NCBI GenBank assembly: GCA_003820375.1
Contig: RPQH01000008.1
Coordinates: 8,567 to 72,566, forward strand
Direction: 5' to 3'
Length of the DNA: 64,000 nt
Source of the DNA: Ignavibacteriota bacterium
GTDB taxonomy: Bacteria; Bacteroidota; Ignavibacteria; Tepidaquicellales; OLB5
Shown: in pieces, positions 1 to 9,404 of the stretch
How positions within the stretch are numbered: position 1 is the stretch's first letter
Layout of the letters: each line of letters opens with the position of its first letter
Program-made: the position numbers and the translations under genes
Notes under the pieces: model-generated
The model's database searches: none
Told to the model about the DNA's origin: nothing
The model's input: the letters and a program-made list of their open reading frames with translations, nothing else

Positions 1-167
1 TAATGCTTGGCGGTTATTTGGAAAAAAGACCTGTTGTGAAGATTGACTCAATTATTGGGGCATTAAAAAAAGTATTGCCCGAAAGATATCATAATTTACT
101 GCCTGCAAACAGGCAGGCACTTGAAGCCGGACAAGAGCTGGTAAGAAAACAGCTTGTAGTGGCTTAA
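1..167 (+). CDS. 3' end of a CDS cut by the window edge (possibly OFOR gamma-subunit-like)
   Basis: Frame 3 is open from the window edge to TAA at 165-167 (..LLPANRQALEAGQELVRKQLVVA*). The tail pattern N-x2-A-L-x-A-G resembles C-termini of 2-oxoacid:ferredoxin oxidoreductase gamma subunits. Only ~55 codons are visible. Confidence 0.3.
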   Translation, partial: MLGGYLEKRPVVKIDSIIGALKKVLPERYHNLLPANRQALEAGQELVRKQLVVA

Positions 168-179
168 TAAAATCTGATA

Positions 180-209
180 GATTCCATTCCTGTCATGAGG
201 AATGGAATC
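180..209 (+). terminator. Hairpin downstream of the truncated CDS
   Basis: gattccattcc / ggaatggaatc form a perfect 11-bp stem with an 8-nt loop. There is no clean U-tract. Confidence 0.35.
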
Positions 210-261
210 TTAAATAAACATAAATAAAATTTTTTTTATAATTAGCGGAGTTAAAAGAAAA

Positions 262-3200
262 GTGGATAGGAAAAAAGTAACAATTGACGGTAATGAAGCA
301 GCTGCGTATGTTGCTTATAATCTGAACGAGGTTTGTGCAATTTATCCAATCACACCGTCATCCAATATGGGTGAGTGGTGCGATGCCTGGTCAGCAGCAA
401 AAAGGAAGAACCTGTGGGGGGTTATTCCTACCGTAAGCGAATTGCAGAGTGAAGGCGGTGCCTCCGGTGCCGTACATGGCGCTTTACAATCCGGTGCTTT
501 AACAACTACATTTACTGCATCCCAGGGATTACTCCTGATGATCCCGAACATGTTCAAAATTGCAGGAGAACTAACATCAACAGTATTTCATGTTTCAGCA
601 AGGTCTATAGCAGCACAGGCACTTTCAATATTTGGTGACCACAGTGATGTTATGGCTGTACGTTCTACAGGTTTTGCTATGTTTGCTTCCAATTCAATCC
701 AGGAAGTAATGGACTTTGCCTGTATAGCTCAGGCAGCTACTCTTGAAAGCAGAATTCCGTTTCTGCATTTCTTTGATGGTTTCAGGACTTCTCACGAAGT
801 TATGAAAATAGAACAGTTAAGCAATGATGACATGCTGAAAATGATAGATTATGATCTGGTTATTGCCCATAGGAAAAGAGCTTTAACTCCTGATAATCCG
901 GTAATGAGAGGAACGGCACAAAACCCTGATGTTTACTTCCAGGGAAGAGAAACCGTAAATAAATATTATGATGCTTGCCCGGATATAGTACAAAAGCAAA
1001 TGGATAAGTTTGCCGGCATCACAGGCAGACAGTATAAATTATTTGATTATGTAGGCGACCCGGAAGCAGAAAGAGTAATAGTTATGATGGGCTCAGGTGC
1101 TGAAACCGCTCACGAAACTATCGAGTATCTAACTGAAAAGAAAGAGAAAGTCGGACTTATTAAAGTTCGTTTATACAGACCGTTTTCAAACAAGCATTTA
1201 ATGGAAGCCTTGCCCCCGACAGTAAAATCTATTGCTGTATTGGACAGAACCAAAGAGCCCGGCTCTGCAGGCGAGCCTCTGTATCTTGATGTTGTAAATG
1301 CTGTAACTGAAACTTATAACAACGGTGATTTGAAATTACATTCATTCCCGAAAATTACCGGCGGAAGATACGGGTTATCATCAAAGGAGTTCTCTCCTGC
1401 AATGGTAATATCGCTTTTCGATGAAATGAAAAATGAAAGACCGAAAAATCACTTTACAATCGGTATTATTGATGATGTAACAAATACTTCCATCCCATGG
1501 GACCCAAGACTATCAATTGAACCTGAAGAAACATTCAGAGGTAAATTCTATGGATTGGGTGCAGATGGTACGGTTGGTGCAAATAAAAATTCTATAAAAA
1601 TTATCGGTGAAGAAACCGATTTCTTTGCACAGGGTTATTTTGTATATGACTCAAAAAAATCAGGTTCAACAACAACATCACATTTAAGGTTTGGACCGAG
1701 ACCAATCCGTTCAACCTATTTGATAAATAATCCGAAATTCGTTGCCTGCCATCAGCAGGTATTCCTTGAAAAAATGGATATACTTGAAGATGCAGTAAAC
1801 GGAGCAACATTCCTTTTAAATACGCAGATTTCGAAAGATAAAGTTTGGGAATCGCTTCCTGAAAAGATTCAAAAAGATATAATCAAAAAGAATATTAAAT
1901 TTTATATCATTGATGCGTATAAAGTTGCAAATGAAACAGGAATGGGAGTCAGAATCAACTCAATAATGCAGACTTGTTTCTTTGCAATATCGAATATTTT
2001 ACCAAGGGATAAAGCAATTGAATCAATTAAGAAGGCTATTAAAAAGACATATGGCAATAAGGGTGAAAAAATTGTTCAGATGAATTTTGATTCAGTAGAT
2101 AAAACACTTGAGAATTTATTCGAAGTTGAAGTACCTGCAAATGTAACAAGCAGTCTGCAGTTCCTGCCTCCTGTATCAGGTAATGCACCTGAATTTGTGA
2201 AACAATTAACTTCAAGATTAATTGACGGTAAAGGAGATTTCGTACCTGTAAGTTTAATGCCTGCAGACGGAACATATCCTGTTGGAACAGCAGCGTGGGA
2301 AAAAAGAAACATTGGACTTGAAGTTCCTATTTGGGAACAGTCAATTTGTATCCAGTGTAATAAATGCGTAATCGTTTGCCCGCATGCAGCAATAAGGGCA
2401 AAAGTATATGACGAAGCATTATTGAAAGATGCACCTGCAACTTTCCAATCAATGAAATTCAAAGGAAAAGAAATTGGCGAAGGTCATGCTTATACAATAC
2501 AGGTAGCAGTTGAAGACTGCACGGGATGCGGAATTTGTGTTGAAATATGTCCTGCTAAAAATAAAAAAGAAACAAGATTAAAAGCTCTTAACCTTGGTGA
2601 ACAGCTCCCGATAAGAGTCCAGGAAAGAGAAAACCTTGAATTCTTCCTTAATTTGCCTGAGATAGACAGGAATAAATTAAATCATTCTAATATAAAAGAA
2701 TCGCAGTTCCTGCAGCCGTTATTCGAATATTCCGGAGCATGTTCTGGATGCGGTGAAACTCCTTATGTCAAGCTGGCAAGCCAGTTATTCGGGGACAGGA
2801 TGTTAGTTGCAAATGCAACCGGATGTTCATCGATATACGGAGGTAACTTACCTACAACGCCGTGGGCAAAGAACAAAGACGGCAAAGGACCGGCATGGTC
2901 AAATTCATTATTCGAAGATAATGCTGAGTTTGGATTTGGTTTCAGACTTGCAATAGACAGCCATAATGAAAATGCAAAACAGCTTCTTGCAAAATTAGCA
3001 GGTGAAGTTGGCGAAGACCTCGCAAATGAAATCATAAATGCAGAGCAGAAAGATGAACCGGCAATATATGAACAGCGTGAAAGAGTTGAGATATTGAAGA
3101 AGAAGCTTATGGACATGAAATCGGATGAAGCAAAACAGCTTCTATCTATCGCAGATTATCTTGTAAAGAAATCGGTATGGATAATGGGCGGTGACGGCTG

Positions 3201-3885
3201 GGCATATGATATCGGTTACGGCGGATTAGATCATGTTCTTGCATCAGGCAAAAATGTTAATGTTCTTGTACTTGATACTGAAGTATATTCAAATACAGGC
3301 GGACAGATGTCTAAATCAACACCAAGAGGCGCAGTTGCAAAATTCGCAGCAGCTGGAAAACCAATGCCGAAGAAAGACCTTGCAATGCTTGCAGTAAGCT
3401 ATGGTAATATTTATGTGGCAAGAGTTGCAATGGGTGCAAGCGATACACAGACAGTCCGTGCTTTCATGGAAGCTGAAGCATATGACGGACCTTCACTCAT
3501 AATAGCATACAGTCATTGCATTGCTCATGGTATAGATATGATGAAGGGAATGTCAAATCAAAAAGCAGCAGTTGAATCAGGTCATTGGCCTTTATTCAGG
3601 TTCAATCCTGAGCTGGCGGCACAGGGACAGAATCCGTTCAAGCTTGATTCCAAAGCTCCAAAAATCCCCTTAAAGGATTATGCTTATATGGAAACAAGAT
3701 ACAAGATGTTAACCAAGAGCCATCCGGAAGAAGCAGAAAAATTAATGAAATTAGCACAGGAAGATGTAAACGGACGCTGGAAAATGTATGAAGGACTTGT
3801 AGAAGAATATGAAAAGATATCCAAAAACGGTAATGGCGACGGTGCTTTGAAACAAGCAGCAGCAGTAATAAAAAGTAAGATTTAA
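262..3885 (+). CDS. nifJ: Pyruvate:ferredoxin (flavodoxin) oxidoreductase, single-chain
   Basis: 1207-aa ORF with GTG start. It has the YPITPSS motif, two ferredoxin motifs (CIQCNKCVIVCP, CTGCGICVEICP), and the TPP motif GGDGWAYDIGYGG...LDTEVYSNTGGQ. Confidence 0.95.
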   Translation: MDRKKVTIDGNEAAAYVAYNLNEVCAIYPITPSSNMGEWCDAWSAAKRKNLWGVIPTVSELQSEGGASGAVHGALQSGALTTTFTASQGLLLMIPNMFKIAGELTSTVFHVSARSIAAQALSIFGDHSDVMAVRSTGFAMFASNSIQEVMDFACIAQAATLESRIPFLHFFDGFRTSHEVMKIEQLSNDDMLKMIDYDLVIAHRKRALTPDNPVMRGTAQNPDVYFQGRETVNKYYDACPDIVQKQMDKFAGITGRQYKLFDYVGDPEAERVIVMMGSGAETAHETIEYLTEKKEKVGLIKVRLYRPFSNKHLMEALPPTVKSIAVLDRTKEPGSAGEPLYLDVVNAVTETYNNGDLKLHSFPKITGGRYGLSSKEFSPAMVISLFDEMKNERPKNHFTIGIIDDVTNTSIPWDPRLSIEPEETFRGKFYGLGADGTVGANKNSIKIIGEETDFFAQGYFVYDSKKSGSTTTSHLRFGPRPIRSTYLINNPKFVACHQQVFLEKMDILEDAVNGATFLLNTQISKDKVWESLPEKIQKDIIKKNIKFYIIDAYKVANETGMGVRINSIMQTCFFAISNILPRDKAIESIKKAIKKTYGNKGEKIVQMNFDSVDKTLENLFEVEVPANVTSSLQFLPPVSGNAPEFVKQLTSRLIDGKGDFVPVSLMPADGTYPVGTAAWEKRNIGLEVPIWEQSICIQCNKCVIVCPHAAIRAKVYDEALLKDAPATFQSMKFKGKEIGEGHAYTIQVAVEDCTGCGICVEICPAKNKKETRLKALNLGEQLPIRVQERENLEFFLNLPEIDRNKLNHSNIKESQFLQPLFEYSGACSGCGETPYVKLASQLFGDRMLVANATGCSSIYGGNLPTTPWAKNKDGKGPAWSNSLFEDNAEFGFGFRLAIDSHNENAKQLLAKLAGEVGEDLANEIINAEQKDEPAIYEQRERVEILKKKLMDMKSDEAKQLLSIADYLVKKSVWIMGGDGWAYDIGYGGLDHVLASGKNVNVLVLDTEVYSNTGGQMSKSTPRGAVAKFAAAGKPMPKKDLAMLAVSYGNIYVARVAMGASDTQTVRAFMEAEAYDGPSLIIAYSHCIAHGIDMMKGMSNQKAAVESGHWPLFRFNPELAAQGQNPFKLDSKAPKIPLKDYAYMETRYKMLTKSHPEEAEKLMKLAQEDVNGRWKMYEGLVEEYEKISKNGNGDGALKQAAAVIKSKI

Positions 3886-3910
3886 ATAAACATAAGATTG
3901 TCTCAATACG

Positions 3911-3938
3911 GCAGCACAGACACTTTAATCTGTGCTGC
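3911..3938 (+). terminator. Hairpin after nifJ
   Basis: gcagcacaga / tctgtgctgc form a 10-bp stem with an 8-nt loop, 26 nt after the stop. The U-tract is weak. Confidence 0.4.
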
Positions 3939-3989
3939 TTAAATTGAGGCAGTTTCAAAATTTTTTATAGATTTAAAAAATAAAATAAA

Positions 3990-4979
3990 ATGGACCTCAG
4001 CACAACATATCTGGGACTCAAATTAAAGAACCCATTAGTTCCATCAGCATCTCCCCTTTCAAAAAGTATTGGTAAAATAAAAGAAATGGAAGACGCCGGT
4101 GCTTCTGCTATTGTGATGTATTCATTATTCGAAGAGCAGTTGACTCATGACGCACTTGAGCTTCATCATTACACTTCAACTACACAGGATTCTCATGCTG
4201 AAGCAACATCATATTTTCCGGAAGCAGATGATTATCATCTTGGACCTGAAGAATATCTTGAGCATATAAGAAAAGCAAAAGAAGCAGTTGATATACCAAT
4301 TATTGGAAGCTTAAACGGCTCAACACCCGGCGGATGGACAGAATATGCGAAGAAAATAGAACAAGCCGGTGCAGATGCATTAGAGTTGAACATTTATCTG
4401 CTCGCAGCAGACCTGAATAAAACATCTGCTGATATAGAGAAAATATATATTGATATCCTTCGTTCGGTTAAATCAACCGTTTCAATTCCGGTTGCAATGA
4501 AAATAAGCCCTTATTTCAGTTCACTTGCCGGATTTGCAAAACAGCTTGATGATAACGGCGCAGATGGATTAGTTTTATTTAACAGATTTTACCAGCCGGA
4601 TATTGACTTGGAAGCGCTTGAAGTAATTCCGAATGTACTTTTCAGCAATCCGCAGTCAATGAGATTGCCTTTAAGATGGATTGCAATTTTGTATGGCAAA
4701 ATTAAAGCAGATATGGCAGCAACCAGCGGTATTCACAGTGCTGAAGATGTTTTAAAAATGATGATGGTCGGAGCAAATGTAACCCAGATATTTGCAGCGT
4801 TGCATATGTTTGGTACCGGTCATATTAAGAGTTTATTAAATGATATTGAAGACTGGATGGAGAAACATGAATACGAATCTATTGAGCAAATGCGCGGAAG
4901 CATGAGCCATAAATCGGTAGCTAACCCTGCCGCTTTTGAAAGAGCCAATTATATGAAGGCATTAACAACATTTAAATAA
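3990..4979 (+). CDS. Dihydroorotate dehydrogenase-like TIM-barrel flavoprotein
   Basis: 329-aa ORF. Class-1 DHOD-family pattern is present (GSLNG.., GADALELNI, GADGLVLFNR, ATSGI). True substrate is unknown. Confidence 0.7.
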   Translation: MDLSTTYLGLKLKNPLVPSASPLSKSIGKIKEMEDAGASAIVMYSLFEEQLTHDALELHHYTSTTQDSHAEATSYFPEADDYHLGPEEYLEHIRKAKEAVDIPIIGSLNGSTPGGWTEYAKKIEQAGADALELNIYLLAADLNKTSADIEKIYIDILRSVKSTVSIPVAMKISPYFSSLAGFAKQLDDNGADGLVLFNRFYQPDIDLEALEVIPNVLFSNPQSMRLPLRWIAILYGKIKADMAATSGIHSAEDVLKMMMVGANVTQIFAALHMFGTGHIKSLLNDIEDWMEKHEYESIEQMRGSMSHKSVANPAAFERANYMKALTTFK

Positions 4980-4983
4980 GGCA

Positions 4984-5117
4984 ATTTCTAATTGTTAATT
5001 GCGAATTGATTTATCAATTTATCAGATGTGTCAGATTCATCAGATTTTTCAGATTGAATTTTCTTAATGAATCAATTTTTCAAAAAAACCGCAATTAACA
5101 ATTCGAAATTCGAAATT
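4984..5117. repeat. Inverted-repeat element with internal short repeats (no ORF)
   Basis: aattgttaattgcg (4990-5003) is the exact reverse complement of cgcaattaacaatt (5090-5103). tcagat recurs 4 times in the spacer, and the right end carries tcgaaat tcgaaat. Confidence 0.6.
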
Positions 5118-5202
5118 AAATGAGGTGATTAGCAAAAGTTTTTTTAAGATACGTATAAGTTCTTTTTTTTAGAATAGCGTAAAAATACCTGATACTATAC
5201 AA

Positions 5203-6471
5203 TTGAAAAACAGGAATGGTAAAAATTTAAAAAGAGTTAAGCTTCCGGGTAAAGAACTCAAATATCCCGGGATAAGGAGTAATAAAGACGGAAGCGAAGC
5301 TGCCGCATGGGTTGAAACAAACATAACCCAGGGAAGCTGTGCTTATCCTATAACTCCTTCCGATAAAATATACTCTCTTTATAAACTCGCAGCCGCAAAC
5401 GGACAAAAAAATCTCTGGAACGAAAATATAAGCTTCATTGAATCTGATACCGAATATAACTCAGCATCAGCATGTGAAGGTTTCGCACTTGCCGGAGGGA
5501 GAGTATCTAATTTTACTTCCGGGCAAGGCTTAGTATTAATGAAAGAAGTATTATTCACAATCGCAGGCAAGCGTCTGCCCTGTGTTTTTCATGTTGGTGC
5601 AAGAGCATTAACATCTCAAAGTATCAATATTAATGCGGGACATGATGATGTAATGGCAGTTAACGACTCCGGATGGGGAATGCTTTTTGCAAAGAATGTC
5701 CAGGAAGCAGCAGACCTTGCATTAATTGCCAGACGTACTGCAGAAGATTCATTTACACCATTTCTTTGTATACAGGATGGATTTATCACTACTCATAATG
5801 CAGAAGAAATTCTTCTCCCCGAGAAAGAGCTAATGATGGAGTTCATTGATAAACCGGAGAGTAAGCTTGTAAACTTCTTTGATACGGCAAATCCAATTAT
5901 GACTGGGGTTTTGCAGAAGCAAGACAGCTATATGAAGGGCAGAATCGCACAGCGTGATTATTATGAAAAAGTACCCGGCATTTTAAGTAATGTAATGGAA
6001 GAATATTATGGATTAACAGGACGCAGGTACGGTTTGGTTGAAAAATTCATGCTTGATGATGCGGAATATGCAATATTAGGATTAGGAAGCGGAATGGCAA
6101 ATGCAATTTCTGCTGTAAAATGGCTGAGAGAAAAAAATATTAAAGCAGGTGTATTAAATATTACCTGTTACAGACCATTCCCGAAAGATGAAATTATTAA
6201 AGCACTATCACATGTAAAAGGAATTACGGTAATTGAAAGAACCGATAATCCCCTTGCAGGAGATAATCATTTAACAACAGAAATAAAAAGCTCTTTCGCA
6301 GATGCTTTTATAAATAAAAAGATTAAGACCATACCCGGAATATATTCTTGTGTATATGGTCTCGGCGGAAGAGCAATAAACAATAATAATTTTGAAACTA
6401 TCATTAAAAATATGATAGATAATGGTAAAAAGTTCTTTGTAGTAGGAGTAGAACACGGTTTAACGCTGTGA
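5203..6471 (+). CDS. PFOR-like 2-oxoacid:acceptor oxidoreductase, alpha-type subunit
   Basis: 422-aa ORF with TTG start. It is paralogous to nifJ domains I/II in this window (GSEAAAWVETN..AYPITPS versus GNEAAAYVAYN..IYPITPS). Confidence 0.8.
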   Translation: MKNRNGKNLKRVKLPGKELKYPGIRSNKDGSEAAAWVETNITQGSCAYPITPSDKIYSLYKLAAANGQKNLWNENISFIESDTEYNSASACEGFALAGGRVSNFTSGQGLVLMKEVLFTIAGKRLPCVFHVGARALTSQSININAGHDDVMAVNDSGWGMLFAKNVQEAADLALIARRTAEDSFTPFLCIQDGFITTHNAEEILLPEKELMMEFIDKPESKLVNFFDTANPIMTGVLQKQDSYMKGRIAQRDYYEKVPGILSNVMEEYYGLTGRRYGLVEKFMLDDAEYAILGLGSGMANAISAVKWLREKNIKAGVLNITCYRPFPKDEIIKALSHVKGITVIERTDNPLAGDNHLTTEIKSSFADAFINKKIKTIPGIYSCVYGLGGRAINNNNFETIIKNMIDNGKKFFVVGVEHGLTL

Positions 6472-6478
6472 TAAATGC

Positions 6479-6568
6479 ATTCCCGCGAAAGCGGGAATCT
6501 TAACAATGATACGGATGAACAAACGGACATGTCAATAGAGATAAAGAGATTCCCGCTTTCGCGGGAAT
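6479..6568. repeat. REP/MITE-like double-hairpin element
   Basis: attcccgcgaaagcgggaat (6479-6498) and its exact reverse complement attcccgctttcgcgggaat (6549-6568). Each arm is itself a 7-bp GC-rich hairpin. Confidence 0.8.
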
Positions 6569-6580
6569 ATGTTCACATAA

Positions 6581-8062
6581 ATGTTAGAAGAAGAATTAAA
6601 AATAAAGCTTACGCATGAGATTATAGATCCCAACGAATTTGATGAGATCGTAATTGATGCATACAATAACGGCAATGCAGATGAATGCCTTGCTGCTTAT
6701 CATTTTTTTGCCCGCAGTGAAGTTCCGGCAGGTACGGCAGGAAAAAGAAGTGTATGCAGTATTGCCGCGCGGATTCCTTTGTTTAATTCGGCTAACTGCA
6801 CCGGATGCATGGATTGTGTTAATCTCTGTCCCGATAATGCCATTAAAGCTAAAGTTGTACCCGGCAGTGATGTTGAAGATAATATAGATATTTATGCTAA
6901 AGATAATGAGGAAGTGAAACTTTTTAATTTGCAGTTTGCAGTAACGGAAAAGTTCAGTAAAATAGCAAAGAAGAGAAAAGCTGAAGCGGGTAAATTTATA
7001 TTAGCCATAGACCCTGATAAATGTAAGGGTTGCGGTTTATGTGTAAAAATATGTAAAGAATCTGCTTTAAGTACAGTAGAAAAAGATGAAGCAAGGTTAG
7101 ATGAATTATATAATATATTCAATTTTTTCCGGAAATTACCGGATACTGACGCTTTATATATAGATGAAAATGAGCCAAAAGACCTGATGCTGAATCCAGC
7201 TTCTCTATTATATACAGGCGGTACATGCTCATGCAAAGGATGCGGCGAAGCTTCACCAATCAGGATGATGCTTGCTGTAACAGGTGCAAAATACGGCAAA
7301 GAAAATATCGGTATCATAAATGAAACAGGATGTATATTCGAATATTCACTTGAATATCCATATAATCCGTATTTAGTCCCCGTATTAAATTCTTCACATT
7401 CAGGCATCTGGAGCAATGCAATGGGTATAAGAGCAAGATGGAACCAGCAGGAACTGAATGATAAAAAGCTCTGGGTTATTTCAAGGAACAGCAGATTTAC
7501 CGAAAAAGGAATAAATGCTTTATCAAATTTATTAAAAAGCGGCTTAGATATCAAAATATTAATATTAGATAAATTGGGATATGACAACAGGGGGGCTGAA
7601 ATATGCTCTTTATATACTGAAGTTTTCTTTGCCCAGACAGTAACATCAAATATAGACCATTTTTACAGGGCAATAATAGCCGCAAACGAGTTTAAAGGTC
7701 CGGCAGTAATAAATATTTATGCTGCATGCCAGCCGGAACATGGCATTGCAGATGATAAAAGCCAGGAACAAGCACAGCTTGCTGTAGAATCAAGAGCATT
7801 TCCTATGTTTATTTATGACCCGCGAAAAGGAAAGACTATTAAAGAAAGACTATCTCTGAAGGGTAATCCTGCAATCAAAGACGATTGGTACAGAAATCCC
7901 AATACTGACGAAATAACGGACTTTATATATTATGCAAGAAACGAAGGACGATTTTCAAATATGTTTGAAAAAGACGGAAGTCCTAAACCGGCAATATTAA
8001 AATTGTCAGAGGACCGGATTAAAAACTGGAATATGCTGCAAAAACTTGCAAGTACAAGATAA
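6581..8062 (+). CDS. PFOR-like oxidoreductase, ferredoxin + TPP-fold (beta-type) subunit with degenerate TPP motif
   Basis: 493-aa ORF. It carries CTGCMDCVNLCP and CKGCGLCVKICK 4Fe-4S motifs and CKGCGEASP..NETGC as in nifJ (CSGCGETP..NATGC). The GDG...NTGGQ motif is replaced by SRNS...DNRGAE. Confidence 0.75.
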   Translation: MLEEELKIKLTHEIIDPNEFDEIVIDAYNNGNADECLAAYHFFARSEVPAGTAGKRSVCSIAARIPLFNSANCTGCMDCVNLCPDNAIKAKVVPGSDVEDNIDIYAKDNEEVKLFNLQFAVTEKFSKIAKKRKAEAGKFILAIDPDKCKGCGLCVKICKESALSTVEKDEARLDELYNIFNFFRKLPDTDALYIDENEPKDLMLNPASLLYTGGTCSCKGCGEASPIRMMLAVTGAKYGKENIGIINETGCIFEYSLEYPYNPYLVPVLNSSHSGIWSNAMGIRARWNQQELNDKKLWVISRNSRFTEKGINALSNLLKSGLDIKILILDKLGYDNRGAEICSLYTEVFFAQTVTSNIDHFYRAIIAANEFKGPAVINIYAACQPEHGIADDKSQEQAQLAVESRAFPMFIYDPRKGKTIKERLSLKGNPAIKDDWYRNPNTDEITDFIYYARNEGRFSNMFEKDGSPKPAILKLSEDRIKNWNMLQKLASTR

Positions 8063-8162
8063 TCTATCTTTAATTTTTCTTTTAATTTAACTGCTGTGTA
8101 TCCTGATTGAATAAAATTAATCTATCAGGGAATTTATAATTCCTTTTTGAAAGGATAGCAAC

Positions 8163-9374
8163 ATGAAAAATCTGTTTGCAGACAGAATGGAGAATGTCCC
8201 AGCATCTTTTATCCGTGAAATACTTAAATTCACACAAAGTAAAGATGTAATCTCTTTTGCAGGAGGGTTACCAAATCCTGCATTCTTTCCGGTTGAAGAT
8301 ATAAAAAAATCTGCTGTAAAAGTGCTGGAAGCCGATGGAACCAGGGTTTTGCAATATGCAGAAACCGAAGGCCATCTACCCTTAAGGGAATATATAAGCG
8401 ATTATATGCTGAGGAGAAAGAACCTTAAAGTACCTGTAGAAGAAATTCAAATCACAAACGGTTCACAGCAGGCAATAGCACTAATTTGTAAAACATTTCT
8501 TAACAAAGGTGAAACCGTAGTACTTGAAAGACCTTCGTACCTTGGTGCTATTCAGGCAATTTCATTTTATGAGCCTGAATTCCATACTGTTGAGCTTGAA
8601 GACGACGGCATAAATATAGAAGAGCTTGAAAGTACACTTGAAGCTCACCCGGCAAAATTATTTTACTCCGTTCCAAATTTTAATAACCCGTCTGGAATTA
8701 CCTGGTCACTTGAAAAAAGACAGGAAGTTGCAAGGATTCTATCTAACCATGAAATGATATATTTTGAAGATGACCCATATTACGAAGTACGGTATGAAGG
8801 CGAGCATTTACCTTCAGTAAAATCTTTTTACGATAAAAATGTAATATTAACAAGTTCATTTTCAAAAATGGTTGCTCCCGGTTTCAGAATAGGATGGATA
8901 TGTGCACAGAAAGACCTGATGGAAAAAATCGTAATATCAAAACAGGCTGCTGACCTGCAGCCGGGAACATTTGCTCAAAGAGTTCTGCACCAATACCTGA
9001 CAGATTACAATATAGAAAATCATCTTGTCAAGATAAGAGAAACTTACAAGAGGCAGAAAGATAAAATGGTAGAAATGATGAAGCAGGAGCTTCCGGAAGA
9101 AGTAAAATTTACGAATCCGCAGGGAGGAATGTTCCTTTGGGCAACCATGCCTGAAAATGCATCCTGCAGAGACGTGCTCAGTATTACCATTGAAAAGAAA
9201 GTAGTCTTTGTACCCGGTGATACATTTTACGTAGACGGCAAAGGATTTAATTGTATGAGGTTGAATTTCTCAAATTCACCGGAAGAGAAAATTGTAAAAG
9301 GTGTAAAAATATTAGCTGACGCCATGAAAGAAGTAATTGCCAAACATAATAAATTAAAAACTGTACCAGTTTAA
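8163..9374 (+). CDS. PLP-dependent aminotransferase, class I/II
   Basis: 403-aa ORF. SFSKMVAPGFRIGW is the PLP-lysine motif, and NPxG (NNPSG) is upstream. Confidence 0.85.
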   Translation: MKNLFADRMENVPASFIREILKFTQSKDVISFAGGLPNPAFFPVEDIKKSAVKVLEADGTRVLQYAETEGHLPLREYISDYMLRRKNLKVPVEEIQITNGSQQAIALICKTFLNKGETVVLERPSYLGAIQAISFYEPEFHTVELEDDGINIEELESTLEAHPAKLFYSVPNFNNPSGITWSLEKRQEVARILSNHEMIYFEDDPYYEVRYEGEHLPSVKSFYDKNVILTSSFSKMVAPGFRIGWICAQKDLMEKIVISKQAADLQPGTFAQRVLHQYLTDYNIENHLVKIRETYKRQKDKMVEMMKQELPEEVKFTNPQGGMFLWATMPENASCRDVLSITIEKKVVFVPGDTFYVDGKGFNCMRLNFSNSPEEKIVKGVKILADAMKEVIAKHNKLKTVPV

Positions 9375-9404
9375 AAAAGTTAAATTAAGAAAGGAAATCT
9401 TACA

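Noticed and set aside
6654-6887. 77-aa plus-strand ORF overlapping the beta-subunit gene in another frame
   Set aside because: It is entirely nested in the 493-aa ORF, which has clear ferredoxin and TPP-fold homology. The nested ORF has no features of its own.
6892-7587. 231-aa minus-strand ORF, and similar long antisense ORFs (2076-2462, 15189-15632, 38309-38800, 41614-42135, 46215-46808, 55634-56074, 57304-57855)
   Set aside because: All lie fully inside well-supported genes on the opposite strand and have Ser/Leu/Ile-rich shadow-frame composition with no motifs.
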